A DNA stretch of 64,000 bases from Salpingoeca rosetta (GCA_033442325.1 JAWQFM010000008.1:1844287-1908286); one strand, 5' to 3'; shown: positions 18,875 to 37,415, counted from the stretch's first letter. Notes: generated from the letters alone by a model not told the origin. Translations and numbers: made by a program.

Positions 18875-20129
18875 CGTGTGAGTGTGTGTGTGCGTGTGAG
18901 TGTGCGCGGGGGAGGGGGCTTTTCGTGCTTGACACAGCAGGCTTTTCTCCACGTTTGCTCTTTTTGCATTTGCGTCTCTGCCCGCCAGCTGCCTCGTGTG
19001 CTGCTTGCTTGCTCACATGAATGTGCTTGTCGTGCTTGCAGCGGGGTTCTCAAAAGACGGCCAGCTGGTTGCAATTGGATGCCAGGATGGCTCTGTACGC
19101 GTGTTTGATGTCCCTGCCTCCATTGCCGAGGGCAAAAACACCACCACTTCCACGGTCCTGTGCAAGATGATGGACGTTCGCACGCCCATCTTTGCTGTCG
19201 CCTTTCACCCCAGCGCCAAGCTGCTTGTCGCAGGATCAGTGGTGCGTTACTGAATGTGTGCGTGTGTGTGGTTGTGCGTTCGTGTGTTCGTGTGTGTGTG
19301 TGTGTGTATGTATATGTATGTGTATGTCTGTGTGTGTGTGTGTGTATTCTGTGTCTGTGTGTGTGTGTTTCTGTGATTGCAGCGCTGTCAACGGTTGCGC
19401 TGCTTCTCCACGTTGCTCTTCTGCCTGGTTGAAGGTCTTTCCGACACAATCATTTACGCACACATTCGCACACATTCGCAAACATTCGCACACACGCGCA
19501 CACACTACCTCCGTGTACAGATGGGCATGTACGTGTATGACATGTCAGACAACGTCGAGCCAAAGAAGTACATTCATCACATCGAGGTGTGTGTGTGTAT
19601 GTGTGTGACAGGATGTGTGGGGCGACACTGGTAGTGGTGGCAGCGGCACCTGTTGCTGCTCGCTGTGGTGGCAACGATGATGATGCGTAGTTGATGTCTG
19701 TCCTCACCATGATCCATGGCTCCCTTGTCATTGTGCACGTGGTGGTGACATGATGCCAGGACTATTTCCAGACGAATGCGATTGACTTCCACCCATCTGG
19801 ACAGTACCTCGCCGTGGCCACCGCCCACCCACAGAGTACGCTGCAGCACTATGTGTGTGTGTGTGTGTGTCTGTGTGTCTGTGTGTCTGTGTGTGTCTGT
19901 GTGTCTGTCTGTCTGTTTGTCTGTCGGTATGTGACATGTCCTTGACAAACATCATCTCCTCAATTCGATGGGTTTTCATGTGTGCGTGTGTGTGTGTGTG
20001 TTGTTCAGTTCGTCTGTATGAGACGAAGATGTGGAAGTGCTTCACTCTTCCCGAGGAGAGCCAGCACACTGCCCCCGTCACTGCGGTACGCTGAAACGAA
20101 CGCACACACACACACACACACTGATAGAC

Positions 20130-20210
<81 letters not shown>

Positions 20211-20841
20211 ACACCACACACATGCACATACATCCCTCCCACCCAGGCAAGCCGATGGTGCGCTACCACCCGCACGCGTACTCGATTGAGGCGCCCAGCG
20301 GCGCGGCTTGCGACGTGCTGCAAGGCCGGGGTGGTGAAGGTGTGGGACGTGGTCACGTCCACGTGCGTTCTCTCCTTGGAGGATGTCTTTGATGGCGCCG
20401 CCGGCCAATCCCTGCATGTACGCCGCGGGGTTGTGTGTGGTGTGGTGGTGTGGTGTGGTGACGGCGGGAGCTGACCGTATCGTGCGGTTCTGGGCGCTCC
20501 CACAGCACAAGCAGGAGCAGGAGGAGGAGGTGGTGGACGTGCAGGTGAAGGGGGGTGATGTGAAGGAGGAAGAAGGGAGAGAAGAAGGAAAGGATGAAGA
20601 AGGAACGGATGAAGGGGGGAAGCAACAGGAACACGTGAAGCAAGAGCAAGTCAAGCAAGAGACAGGGAAGCAACAGGAACACGTGAAGCAAGAGGCGAAG
20701 GACGGAGAGCAAGGTGGGCCGACGAAGCAAGAGGAAGGCAACAATGCATCCTCAGAGGCAACGGGGAGTGGCGAGGAAGAGCCACAGTCAACTGCAATGG
20801 ACACAGCGCCAGAAGCGCCCCCAGCAGCAGCATCCTCCTGA
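18112..20841 (+). CDS. CSTF1: Cleavage stimulation factor 50 kDa subunit (WD40); 3' part scrambled
   Basis: N-terminal dimerisation motif KRQLYTLVIR|QLLxDGH...APSSELL. WD repeats FSKDGQLVAIGCQDGSVRVFDV, AFHPSAKLLVAGS, IDFHPSGQYLAVATAHPT|VRLYE, VKVWDVVTSTC and VTAGADRIVRFW. Acidic tail to TGA 20841. Confidence 0.85.
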
Positions 20842-21240
20842 AGCCACTGCGCGCCGCTGCTGCTGCTATTGCTTTGTCGTCGACATGCATGCACGTCAGT
20901 GCTTGCTTTGTTTTGCCTCGCGTCTGCTAGGAATAAACTGCTCTCACGTGGCACTTCAGTCACACACACACACACACGCGCGCGCGCGACATCTGAAGCA
21001 GTCCATTCCGTACCCCCCTCCCATCTCCAATTTGATTCCTTATGTCTGTCCCTTAGATGACGCACTTGCGCCATTTGACATGAGGATGTTGTGCATTTAA
21101 TGAACACAACAATCAAACCGCCGCCACCCAGAAGCGAAGCGATGGTGACACCAACTGGAAGGAAAAGACAAACGTCGACACACAAACGCGCAGCCGGAGA
21201 CTGGGCAGCAGAGGGCGTGGGCTTGACTTGTGGTTATCGT

Positions 21241-22251
21241 TTACCTCCTCTTCTTCTTGTGGGGGCGGTTGCGGGACACGTTCTTGGGCTTGCCCGTGTT
21301 CAGCACACCGTCGTACTGGAAACAAGAGCGAGAGCGAGAGCGAGTTGCGGCACAGAGCGAAAGGGACGGCGAGTGAGAACGAGAACGACGTGCAAGGCAT
21401 GCAAAAAATAAAGCACACAGCACTACACACGCAAAGATGTAAAGCAACCCAGTACATATCCCAAACACATGCACACACACGGGGTACGCAAATGAAATAA
21501 GCATCTACGCACCTTCTGCTGGAACCACTTCATGGTCTCATCGCGGGAGTTACGGTGGGGAGCACCAACGCGTGCCTGCTTGCGCTTGCGACGACTGCAC
21601 ACAAGAACGAGACATTGCGGTGAGCGCAGTGTAATGGAAAGCGTCGTGTGGCTGCGGTATCGCGAGAACGGACACGCTCCGCTGACACCGTGGGCGGGCG
21701 AACAACTATTCTGCTGCGTTCAACGAGCTGCGCACCACACTGACACACAATACACCGACAAGCACAAACGACATGCGCAAGACCAGACGCATGCAGACAC
21801 ACACAGAAACGACGCAGGAGCAGTGGGATGTGTTCACTTACGCGACGCGGAAGCCCTTGCGGCCCATGACAACGTAGAAATCCAGACCGTAGATGCCGAT
21901 GGATGGATCGTACTTGATGCCAAGATCAATGTGTTCGTTGATGCCAAAGCCGAAGTTGCCGCTTGTGCTGAAGCTCTCCTTGTACAGCTCGTACTCCTTG
22001 ACCTTGAGGCCGCGCTCGAGAATCTCGAGGGCCTTGGGGCCACGGACGGTGCAGCAGACGGCGATCTTCTCGTTACGGCGGATGCCGAAGGTACGCACGG
22101 TGTAGCGGGCCTTGCGGAAGACGGGCTGCTGGCCGGTGAGCTGCTCAAGCACCTTGGCAGCGCGGGTAAGCCTGTCACCAGACTCACCAACGCAGATGTT
22201 GAGGCAGAGCTTCTCGAGCTTCAGCTCCTTCATGGGGTTCTCCTGTGCCAT
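21241..22251 (-). CDS. RPL11: 60S ribosomal protein L11 (uL5), 3 coding exons
   Basis: [37 protein letters not shown]...[15 protein letters not shown] | [10 protein letters not shown]...KWFQQK | YDGVLN... Confidence 0.97.
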
Positions 22252-22955
22252 GGCGTCGGTCTCTCTGGTGTGCAAGAAAGCAAGTGGACAGACGATCGAG
22301 GGCCACACGCAGACGCAGAATGGGGTGAGCATCAGAACGCGGCTTGAGTGAAGTGCGTGATGCAGCCGTGTGGAACGCTTGTGGTGGCTTCCCACACACA
22401 CACACACAGACAAACAACTGGTTCACACACATACTCTCTCTCTCTCTCTCTTCGTCATGCGTGCTGCTGTTGCTGACATCAACCACCACCAGCAAGACCT
22501 CTGGTGAACGCGTGTCATCCATCAGCTCGCCAACCCACACGTGCGCATGTGGATGTGGATGCCGTGAGTGTAGACAGTGTTGTTGCTATTGCTGGTGATG
22601 TTGCTGGTGGCGCGCGTGGGCGTGTGTGACGCAGAGATGTGAACACGCACAGACACACTGTTGGGTGTGAAGTGAGTGGCTGGTCCGCGCGTGCTCTCAC
22701 TGTGGATGGTGCTGTCTCAGAGTGCACTGCGACACTCAGCATCACGTGCGTGCATGCGTGTGGTCGAGCGTGTGTGTTTACCACCACACCCACGCCTTCC
22801 CCCCCCCCCCCACACACACACATTCCACTCATGTGTCTTCCCCACTCGTGCATCCCGCATCATCGTCTCGCTGTGCCTGCCGCAGTCATGCGTGTGCACA
22901 CAGCACTTGCACTACACTCACACCCGCACTCATGGCCGCACATGCACACACCACC

Positions 22956-26452
<3,497 letters not shown>

Positions 26453-26593
26453 GTACGTGCTCCCAACACGCTGGTGGCAGCGAGTGGCATGCGTTGTGCT
26501 CGCGCCTCGCGTTTGTCTACACGTTGCTGTACCACTGGCTGACTGAACCACGTACATATGTACACACCCACCCAACACCCAATCTATCTTATC

Positions 26594-26686
<93 letters not shown>

Positions 26687-26701
26687 GCAAAGAGTTGCCC
26701 A

Positions 26702-29700
26702 TCACCAAGCAATGGTTGAGCGAAGGAGCCGTCCTGCCGCTTCTGGTGAATGCGGTTTGTGGATGAGCGCAATGTTAAATGCGCATTCTGCACGCAAGTT
26801 CGTTGGGTCTGGCTCGCTCGATGGGTCACGGAGGTTCGCGAGACAGCGCTCAATCAACACTGTGAGGGGATGGGATGCGTATTTCGCTTCGGAGCACACG
26901 TTGAATGGGCCCTTGATGCCGTGCTTCTCCTAAACGAGGGAAGGGGGTGGGGAGTGAGGAACAAGTCGGGAGCCTGTTGTATTTGCATCTGTATCTGTGT
27001 GTGTGTGTGTGTGTGTGTGCGTGTGTGTGTGTATGTGTGTGTGTGTGTGCGTGTGTGGCCATACCTTCTCGTACTCGTCGCGATGGGTGTCGAGAACGCT
27101 CGGGAGTGCGAGAGCGCGGCGGTAAGCGGGAACGGCCAAGTGGTTCACACCCCAAAACTGGTATTCAAACACATGAACACACGCATACATACATGCACAA
27201 AGTCGGATGTGAGCATGAAAGCAAGGTGATGGTGCGTGCAATACCTAGGAACATGTGCCTGTCTGTGTGTCGGTCGATTTTGCTCACTCCAATTCTGTGC
27301 CCTCTTCCCCTTCGTACGTGATAAAGACGCGCGAGGTTGTACGCTGCCTCCTGTGACGCCGCAACTCCGCCCCGCAGCTCGGCATAGTCGTTGAACAGCA
27401 CCAGCGCCTGACAGGAAAACACACGCACATGCATGAACAAGCAGTGGCATGGTGAATGCATACATGTGTGTGTCTGTGTGTGTGTCTGTGTCTGTGTGTC
27501 TGTGTCTGTGTGTATGTATGTTTGCATATGTTCCTTTCTGTGGAGTGTGGACGTACAAATTCTTCTCTCTCGCTCGCTGTGCATGTGTGAATGCTGGTTG
27601 TACCCTGATGAGCGGGGGTCGGCGGTACGGGCAGGAGCGCTGTGTTGTGCGACGCAGGCACGCAATGGAATGCGTCAAGTGCGCCAGTGCGCGATCATCC
27701 TTGTTGTCCGCCATCTTTGCACTCCACGAAGACCTGCGCACACACACACACACACGCGTGCAAATGAAGGGAATGAACGATTGTATAGTTCACACACACG
27801 CACACACGCACACCCCAACCTTCACACACGCACACACGCACACACGCACACGCACACACACGCACGCACACACATACACACGACATCACACATGTGTGCT
27901 GTGCGCTCACCCAAACGCAGCGTAGTTGTATGTGGAGGACATGAGGCTGTGGTTGGCCTGCGCCTGGAAGGGGGACGGGCACTTTGGGGCCTCACGAAGA
28001 CGACGCAACACAAAGCGGTTGGCATGCAAGGCCTCGTGTGTCTGGAAGAAGAGTGGATAGAGCGCTGCCCACAGGCGGTTTGCATCCGAGTGGGCGAGCA
28101 CGTTGGCGCGGCCAATGAGATAGGCCGCGTCGTAGCACCCGGCACCGAGCAGCGCCAGCGTCTGGTGGGGGTGGCGATTGTTGTTGTGGTTTGCAATGTG
28201 AAGGTGGTTTGCAATGTGAATATGAGGGTGAGAATTGATGGTGGTTTGCAATGTGAATATGAGGGTGAGAATTGATGGTGGTTTGCAATGTGAATATGAG
28301 GGTGAGAATTGATGGTGGTTGTGAACACAAAAGTGCCGATGATGGTGGTGATCAAAGTGGCAAAGGATGCAAAGCATGGGAGGACGTTACATCACACGCG
28401 CACACGACATGAGCAAGCAGCACACACGGCAAGGACAAACTGCCTGCACAAGAGAGTGCGTATGTGTATGTGTGCGTGTGTATGTGTGTGTGCATGTGCA
28501 TGTGCATATGTGCATGTGAATACCTCGAGGTAGAGGATGACTGGCTTCTTCTCTCCCCAGCGGCCAATGTGGATGAGACGGCGCAGCATGCACGCGGCCT
28601 CGTACCCGCGCCTTCTGTTCACCATCGCCTCGCTCACGCGGATGAACATCTCAAACCTGGGGCGTGCACGGGGTAGTGGAGATGGCATTCACGGACACGT
28701 CGTTGCGGTGAGCGTTGACATGACAGCACATACAGGAAGGAGCTGGTACAAAGGCACACGTAATTAGACACATACATACGACCGCGCACACACACACATG
28801 CACAAACGCGCGCGCACACACGAACACAAACGCATACACACATGAACGCAATAATCAAGAACGCACGCACCATTCGTCGATGGAGAGCGACTTTGGGTTG
28901 AAGACCCGCAAGTGTTCACCATCGGGACGTGTGTCGTCCCTGTCGTACACGAGCCAGCTGTTGCCCGTCTCCCCAGACACCGCGCCACGCACAGCCCTGA
29001 ACGCATTGTCGTGGTGAGCGCACGCGGGGGTGATGGCAACATGCCGTGATCGTGCGCGTTGGAGGGACGTGACGTTAATAACGCAGGTCGGTCACGGGTG
29101 ATGGTGCAGCATCAGCAGGAGCAACAGGAGGGGACGATGTGGTCGTGTGTCTCCATGCAAACAACGAAAGCACGACCCATCGTGTTGGCACGCAAAGGTA
29201 GATGAACTCACTCCCACTGCCAATCGACTTTTGCAGCGTCAATGACAAACTGGCGACACACGTCCGGGCGGAACGGCCGCAGAAACGTCTGCACACACGC
29301 ACACACGCATGCACACAAGCGTGAACATTGGATCATGTGAGCGAAACTCCGCCGATCGTCATATGCGGTGTGCATGTCCTTGCAGGTGTGTTTCTGGGCT
29401 TGTCCATGTGTGTCTGTGTGTGTGTGTGTGTGCTTGCTGTGGTTGTGTCCGTCTTCCTGACCGGCTGAAGTTGGGACTGGAGGAAGAAGAGGCAGGGCCG
29501 ATATGCGGTGCTGATGACGGCATCCAAATCGCGCTTCCCAAACAGCTGACGTATCCGCTGATGGTGGTGGGTGTCGCCGTGGCGAACACGATGGTGGCCG
29601 TGTACATGAGGAGTGGTGCGATGGGAGCCGTGGTGGTGACGGGCGAAGATGAGCAAGAAACAAACGAGGCGGTGATGTGCATATGTGTGTGTGGGGGGTG

Positions 29701-31921
29701 TTGTTGTGCGTGGATGTATGTGTATGAACGTGAGTCGTAGTCGACGCGTGGGCGAGAAACCAAGAAGTAATGACACGTGCAAATTTGCATGGCTTACAAT
29801 CAGGTCTCCGCGAAGAGAAACGGCAGTCAGCGTGCGCTGCGATGTCGTTGCCTGCAAGCAAAAACCAAGTGGAGAGCCAGTCAAACGTGCGTAAGTCCAA
29901 AGCCGATGCACACACTCTTTCTCGCACAACCCAAAACCATTTCCATCCGCCTTTTTGAGACAGACACACAAATACACACACAAGCACAAGCACACACACA
30001 CACGAGAACGACATGGAAACAACAGCAAACGAACCGCGTGCATGTGTTTTGCCCTTGAGCCGTCCGCAACACCATGATCTTTCAGCTGCTGCTCTGTTGG
30101 GATGGAGTTGTTGCTGTCACCGCACATGATGCAAGATTATGGACCAGGGCGTGCATTTCGTCCGAGTGGTACACGTTGTTCTGGCTGTGAACCATGTGAT
30201 CTTCGCTCACGCATGCATGTATGTGCATATGTATGTGCATATGTGCGTGCGTGCGTGCATGTGTGCGTGCGTGCGTGCGTGCATGTGTGCAGAAGTGAAG
30301 ATGGCAGACCTGATGATGGTGAGAGTCTTCTTGGATCGTTTCTTCTTCGATGTCCGCTGCTGCCGCTGCTGCGATTGCGGCAATGGAACACCAGCCTGAC
30401 ATCAAACAAATGCGAGCACATACACAAACACGCCAAGGTGGTGATCGTGAGGATGAAGAACAGAACCAGCATTCACATGCATATGTATGATCATCGCATG
30501 TACACGGTTGTGTGTGCATGTGTGCGTGCATGTGTGTGCATGTGTGCGTGCATGTGTGTGCATGTGTGTGTGTGCATGTGTGTGTGTGCGTGAACGAGGG
30601 CAGGGCACCTCTCTCCTCACCTCTCGGCAGATTTCCCGCTGCAGCCGAAGGGCCTCCTTGTGCATCGGTACAACCTGAGGGCGACCAGGCATGGTGGGAA
30701 GGTGTGATGGGCAGTGGTGACGAGGATGAGGGTGGAGCAGTGGCACGTCATGCACACATTTGTATGCGCATGCAGCAAACACATCACATCACACAATCCA
30801 CACATACACGTACGCACGCTCTGACACACATACATGAACACACGCTCTTTCACACATACACATCACATGCACGCGCCAAGTTTGCGCGGGCATCACCTTG
30901 AGAACATGATCGATGTGTTCACGGGCGGTCTCGTATTCGTGCAGTCCTTTGTAGCACCGAGACATGAGCACCCACAGCGCCGGCTTGTCCCACTTCTCAC
31001 ACCGCCGCACCTGGCGATGGTGATCGTGGTCGTGTTCGTGGCAATGGTGATGGTAATGGTGGCGTGGTGGCGTGGTGGGTGGAAAGGGATGAACACAACA
31101 GATGTCGGACTGGTGAGCAAGAACGAGAGACGGAGGCACAATGGAGCCGAGAAAGGCGCACGGATGGATCAAGCTCATGTGTTTGCGTGTGTAAGGAACC
31201 CGCACACAGCATACACACACAACGTACACACAACGTACACGCACACGCACACACACACACAATACACACACGCACACACACACACTTTACACACACGCAA
31301 TACACACACGCATACATAAGCAGTGGCCTCACCTTCTCGCAAATTCGGAGGGCGAGATGGAACTTTGCAATGCTGATGAGAACGGAGATGGTGTCGTGAA
31401 AAAGCGCGTAGTGCTGCTCGACGGAGTGCAGCAGCAGCGGCAGCAGGATGCCTGCAAGCACGGTCGCGCACGGTACGGAGGAGGTGGGGGATTGAGACAT
31501 GGCATAAATTGGTGTGGGCGCACGCGTAAAAGCAGCCTGATGCACACACACACACACACACGCACACTTGAATTCGATCAGAAGCTGCAAATTGCAAACG
31601 TGACATCGTTCACATCCGCACCATGAACCAAACCCCCTTCCAAGACACACGCACACACCACCACCACCACCACCACCATGATGATGATGATGATAACACG
31701 GACCGACGGCTGCGTCGTCGTCGTCGTTGAGGGCGAGATGGGCGAGAGCGAGACGCACGCGGAAATAGAGTTTCATGCCATCGGGAATGTGGAATCCATC
31801 GCTCGTGGTCGTCGACCCGACAGGCAGCACCTGATGAGGGTTGGTGATGATGATGAGGGTGATGATGATGATGATGATGACGATGATGATGATGATGATG
31901 ATGATGATCATGATGATGATC

Positions 31922-31972
<51 letters not shown>

Positions 31973-32779
31973 GACTCCGTAGTGGGTGGTGGTGGTGTGT
32001 CAGGATCAGCAACATGCAAGCATTGCATGTGCGTAAAGACGTGCTTAGCGTGCTTAGCGTGCGTGCGTGTTGTTACCTCAAAGGCGCCTGCCACGCGGGT
32101 TGTGTCGTACGATGCCCTGTATGGTGGTGCAAATTGGTGAGTGCACAGTTCACGTGTGCGCGCACAACGCGAGACCATGTGCACGTGTGTGCACGTGTGT
32201 GCACGTGTGTGCACGTGTGTGCACGTGTGTGCACGTGTGTGCACGCGTGCATGGACTCACTTTGCCCGCTCGTCAAGGTTCAGCTTGGGGTCGCGAGTGC
32301 TGTCAAACAGAAAACACATTCGCATGCACACACACACGCACGTGCACGGAAGATAATTTTAGAACAGGACGCCATGTACAAACAGACAAGCACGCCCGCA
32401 CACACACACACATACACACATACGCACACATACGCACGCACATACGCACACACATACGCACGCACATACGCACATACACACATACACACATACGCACATA
32501 CACACATACACACACTATCGCAAGCACACATCGACACGCCATGCACGTTCAACCCATCTTGTGATGACACGCATCATTGCAATGGAGGCTGATTGCACTG
32601 ACATGAGGGCTTCGACGTTGTCCAGTGACACGCCGCGTTCAATGGCAAAGCATGCTTGGCAGGGGGCGTGGTTCGCATCCGCAGCGAGATGACGAAATGA
32701 GAGCGTGTTTGGAACCAGCGTCACGCAACACTGCGGCATCCACGCCAAAATCGTCGAAATAACCTGTTTTGTGTGTGTG

Positions 32780-32869
<90 letters not shown>

Positions 32870-32929
32870 TCAAGGCGTGGACACACGAGTCCATCAAAGC
32901 ATCGGGTGACACAACTACACATTCACGCA

Positions 32930-32961
<32 letters not shown>

Positions 32962-34073
32962 CATGCACGCGCACAGTTCAATGTATGTACGCATCAGAGC
33001 CCATCACCTTCTTGTGTCTGTTTGCCTGGGAGAGGAGGTCCACCGTCATGAGCACACACGCCGCGTCCACACTCGGGTTCTCCTCCGCCTTTGCCTTCTC
33101 CAACCTGTTAGCAGTGTTGGCAGTGGTGATGGTGGTGGAGGTGGTGGTGGAGTAAGACTTGGGAGCAAATAAGCAAACGCTTCCAGCGCACGCGCACATA
33201 CATACACACGCGTGCACGCACACGCTCAGTCCCTTCAATGCGTTTGGGTGCGTGTGTGACGTACACATGGAGCATGCTGTCGGCTGCTTCGTCCAGACAG
33301 CGGAACCGGACATTTGCGCCGGGAATTCGCTGTGTCGCCAACTTGTACAGCCGGTTGAACAGCTGATTGCAACAAGGGAGGGAGGCACGTACGCATGGCG
33401 CAAGTCAAACGCATGGGGTGAGTATTTGATGGTATGACATGTCTTCATCCAATCGCGAGTGAAATGACAGCTCGGAACAAGTGCACCGCAAGCACACGCA
33501 CACGAAACCACACTCTCACACATACACACGCATGTTCTCTCTGGCTCCCAACCACCTTAATGCTTCCTTAATCCTTACCCCGCCCCCAAACACACACACA
33601 CACACGCACACACACACGCACCCCGCCCACCTCTCCTCACCTGGACGTTTGGTCCGCATTTGCTGATGTATTTGCCGCAGTAGCGAACAACCTGGAACGT
33701 CTTTCCCTGCTTCTCCGCCACCGCCATCATCGCCTCCAATGTCGGCTGCAGTGGTGGTGGTGGTGCATGGTGAGTAGCCGTCAGTCGCTTACAGACACGT
33801 CCACATTCCACTTCCACACGACACACACACACACACGTGCACACGCAATGAACCATGCACACAATAAACCACGCCCATATACGATGAAGGCACAGTACCA
33901 GATGGTCTGGGTGGAGCTTGTGTGCACGCTGCAGAAGACGTGATGCCTCAGTGTCGCGCCCAATCTCCATCGCAAGTCCAGCCAGCCTGCATTCCATCGG
34001 TGGTGGTGGATGCATGTGGCTGTCAGCAAACAAATGTGCGTGTGTGCGTGTGTGTGCGTGTGTGTGTGTGTGT

Positions 34074-34107
<34 letters not shown>

Positions 34108-35245
34108 ACGCACTCCATCCAGTTGACGTCGCGCATGGGTCGGCAGCTCGCCGCTTTCTTGCGGTACTCAAAGCACTTCGGCTTGTCTCCAACTTCCTCG
34201 CACACCTGACAAGGAAATGTGTGGTTGTGTGCGTGTTGTGAGTGCTCTGTGCATGTGTATGTGTGTGTGTGTTGCAGGCAAGCGCGCTTCAGCACACGTA
34301 ACAGAAGAGTGCAACTCAGTGTGAGACATCATCGCAACTATCCATGATGGCGTTGACACGTACGAGAGCGAGTGTGTCGTATGGGTCAGGACAGTCCGGA
34401 GCAGCGTCAACCACTTGCTGGCACAGCCGCTTGGCAACGTCGTATGCCTATGGGTCAATCGTGACAACCGAGATAGCAGATCAGCGCGGCGAAGACGACA
34501 AGATGAACGCAGTCACGATGCTGAACAACTGCGCGATCAACGACACAAAGCACCCCAACGAGCAACAACTTAAACCCACACACACACACACACATCCATT
34601 CAAGCATCAACACACACACACACACGATACCTGGCGGGTGTAAGCTTTGTTAGCTTCGCCCATGACGTTGATGAAACGCGAGGGAAGGGCGTTCTTGCGG
34701 GAGCGCACGCCTCGCTTCTTAAACCGCCGCTTTTGTGTGTGTGCAATCATCTTCTCCATGTCAGCGGGGCGGTGGTGGCGGTCGTCGAGGACGTCTTCTG
34801 TGCGCAGGCTCAGCTCCAAGTCCGTGAAGCGCAAGCGGCCACCACTTGGATTGGGCATGCCATGCGCGTGGGTTGAGGAAGAAGCTGCTGCTGCTGCTGC
34901 TGCACCTGCGCTGTTGCTGCCAATTGACCGTCGCGATGAACTCTGCCGCTTGGCGCGCTTGCGACGCGGCGTGGACACCTCTTCCACAATATCATCGTCG
35001 TCGCTGGCTGCTGTCTCGTCGTTGACGTAGTCTTCATCGTTATCGTCGTCCCCGCCTTCATCAAACTCATCATCGTCATCGTCATCATCATCGTCGTCGA
35101 AGTCGTTGTCTTCTTCCACATCATCCCCATCATCCTCTGCCAGAAGAGGGTCAATCTCGTCAGGAACACCGCCATGGGTGTGACTGCTGCTGCTAGGCCC
35201 CGTGGCTGGCGGCAGCGTGATGTGGTCCATGTCATCATCAGCCAT
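26702..35245 (-). CDS. GTF3C3: TFIIIC TPR subunit (TFIIIC102/Tfc4), many exons
   Basis: Acidic N-terminus, then [20 protein letters not shown] and multiple TPR exons. Includes [13 protein letters not shown]|[16 protein letters not shown] and C-terminal [14 protein letters not shown]...W*. Confidence 0.88.
28203..28320. repeat. 37-bp minisatellite x3 (GGTGGTTTGCAATGTGAATATGAGGGTGAGAATTGAT)
   Basis: Three exact head-to-tail copies in a GTF3C3 intron. Confidence 0.9.
31845..31971. repeat. (GAT)n microsatellite, intronic
   Basis: Directly visible. Confidence 0.93.
32178..32246. repeat. (GTGCACGTGT)n self-complementary decamer array
   Basis: About 6-7 tandem copies in a GTF3C3 intron. Confidence 0.85.
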
Positions 35246-35247
35246 GG

Positions 35248-35323
<76 letters not shown>

Positions 35324-35460
35324 AGCAGCTGTTGTGCGCTGAGTGCTGTGTTGGCCGATAATTGGCGATGTTACCAACAAATGTTCAGGACTTGCCACCA
35401 GCCAGCCAGCAAACGACAAACGGCAACCACACACCACGTTCACCACAACACGTTCGCACG

Positions 35461-37415
35461 ATGAGTGGCGAGGTTGGAAAGGAGTTCTTCACCACGTTCC
35501 GCGGGAAGCTGCAAGGTACACACACACACACACGCACACGCACATACACATGTATGCACATGCATGTCCATGCACGCGTGCTGGCTGATTATAGCTTGTT
35601 TGCACCTCCAGGCAGTCACAGTGTACACCTGACACCTCACATGCGTGTCCCCCTTGATGTTGTTTCGATTCGACTGTTCAGAGCTTCGAACGAAGCTTGA
35701 AGCGCTCAGCACCGATGCTTCCAGAGACGAGTTGACAAAGGCGCTGGATGACATCACAAAGGAGACTGCGGCCGTCTCCAAATACTTGACAGACTCAACA
35801 CCCTTCCTTCCCGCTTACGACAACCGCTCCAGCCAAACAGTGTGTGTGTGTGTGCAACTGTGTGTGTGTGTATTTATGCAACTGTGTGTGTGTAACTGTG
35901 TGTTTGTGTGTGCAACTGTGTGTGTGTGTGTGTGTAACTGTGTGTGCAACTGTGTCTGCGTGGGTGACTGCATTTGTGAGTTGCTGGTGCCAGTGACAGG
36001 GTGTGTGCTTTGGCACAGCTGCCGCTAACGTGTGCTCACGCAAACATTTCACATGGCCATTCCACAGGCGCTTGCAGAGTTCAAGCGGGAGTTAGACGCC
36101 AAACGCACACAGCTCGTACCAAAGAAGAAATTCGCATTCAAGGTGTGTGTGTTGTGTTTGGAAGGGATCGGTGTCTGTGTGAGAGTGTGTGCTGTTGTGA
36201 GTGAGTGTGTGTGTGTGTGTCTGTGTCTGTGTATCTGTGCGTTTCTGACGTGCTACTCTGACGCACGACGGTTCCTGCCGCAAGTCTTATTCGTCGTGTA
36301 TGCTCTGCGTACTGTGACAGGCACGACAGAAGAAGAAACCCACTGCTGCCAAGCAGCCAGCATCGAGCGCGCCAACGGACGCTACAAAGACTGCCGCACC
36401 TCAGTCACACCAGCAAGCAGCACAGCCTGCTGCTGATCACAGTAAACAGCAGGCCGCTGTTGAAGAGGACACTCTTGGATTCAAGGACAAGGCCAACGAA
36501 ACACTGCACTTGACGGTGAGTTGCATGCATTCCTTGATGTGTGTGCACACGGTGCCTTGGCACAGGCAAGGGAATGCCGGAACGGACCCATGCAATAGCT
36601 CACATCACCCGTGTGTCATCTCTGCATGTACACGTGCGTGTCTGTGTGTGTCTGTATATGTGTATGTGTGTGTTTTGTCTGTGATTGCGCAGCGTGAGGT
36701 GGCAACAAACAGCGATGTGACTTTGAAGAACTTGGAAAACTGCACAGGTGCGCGGCAACCGCTTGTGTACTGTATGTGTGCATGTATGCATGTATGTATG
36801 TATGTATGTATGTATGTATGTATGTATGTATGTATGTATGTTTGTATGTATGTCTGTCTGTCTATGTCTCTCCCTCTGACATGCTGAACCTGTGCACGTG
36901 CGCACATCACTCTGCATGGTCACCCTCGCCTTGGCTTCATGTCGTTCTCCAACCCATGTCCGTCCGCACTTTGTTGCTATCAGTGCTGGTGGAGGGAGCG
37001 CCTGGTGCCATTCACGCGAGCAACCTCAAGAACACAACAATCTGTATTGGGCCCGTCTCACGGTGCGTTAAGTGGGACATGTGTGGTCTGATGCACACCC
37101 CTGTCACACTGACACATCCGAGATCAAACTCACACGCACACACACGCAAGCACGAGCCCATGCAGGAGTTAACATGCACGCATTCTCGCACATACACACG
37201 CACACACACACGCACACACACTCTCTCTCTTTTCCCATGTTGGCTTCAGGTCACTGCTGATTGACCACTGTGACGGGTGCAAGTTTGTGCTGGCGTGTCA
37301 GCAGCTGCGTGTGCACAACACGTACGACACAGACTTTTATCTTCACGTCACCAGTCGAGCCATCATCGAGGACTGTGATCGGGTGAGGGTTCATATTGTA
37401 TGAGCAATTGTGTGT

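Noticed and set aside
19728-21185. 485-aa minus-strand ORF
   Set aside because: Antisense shadow of CSTF1 exons plus microsatellite; no independent motifs.
28203-28320. 37-bp direct repeats of CRISPR-like length
   Set aside because: Copies are adjacent with no spacers, there are no cas genes, and they lie in a eukaryotic intron, so this is a minisatellite.
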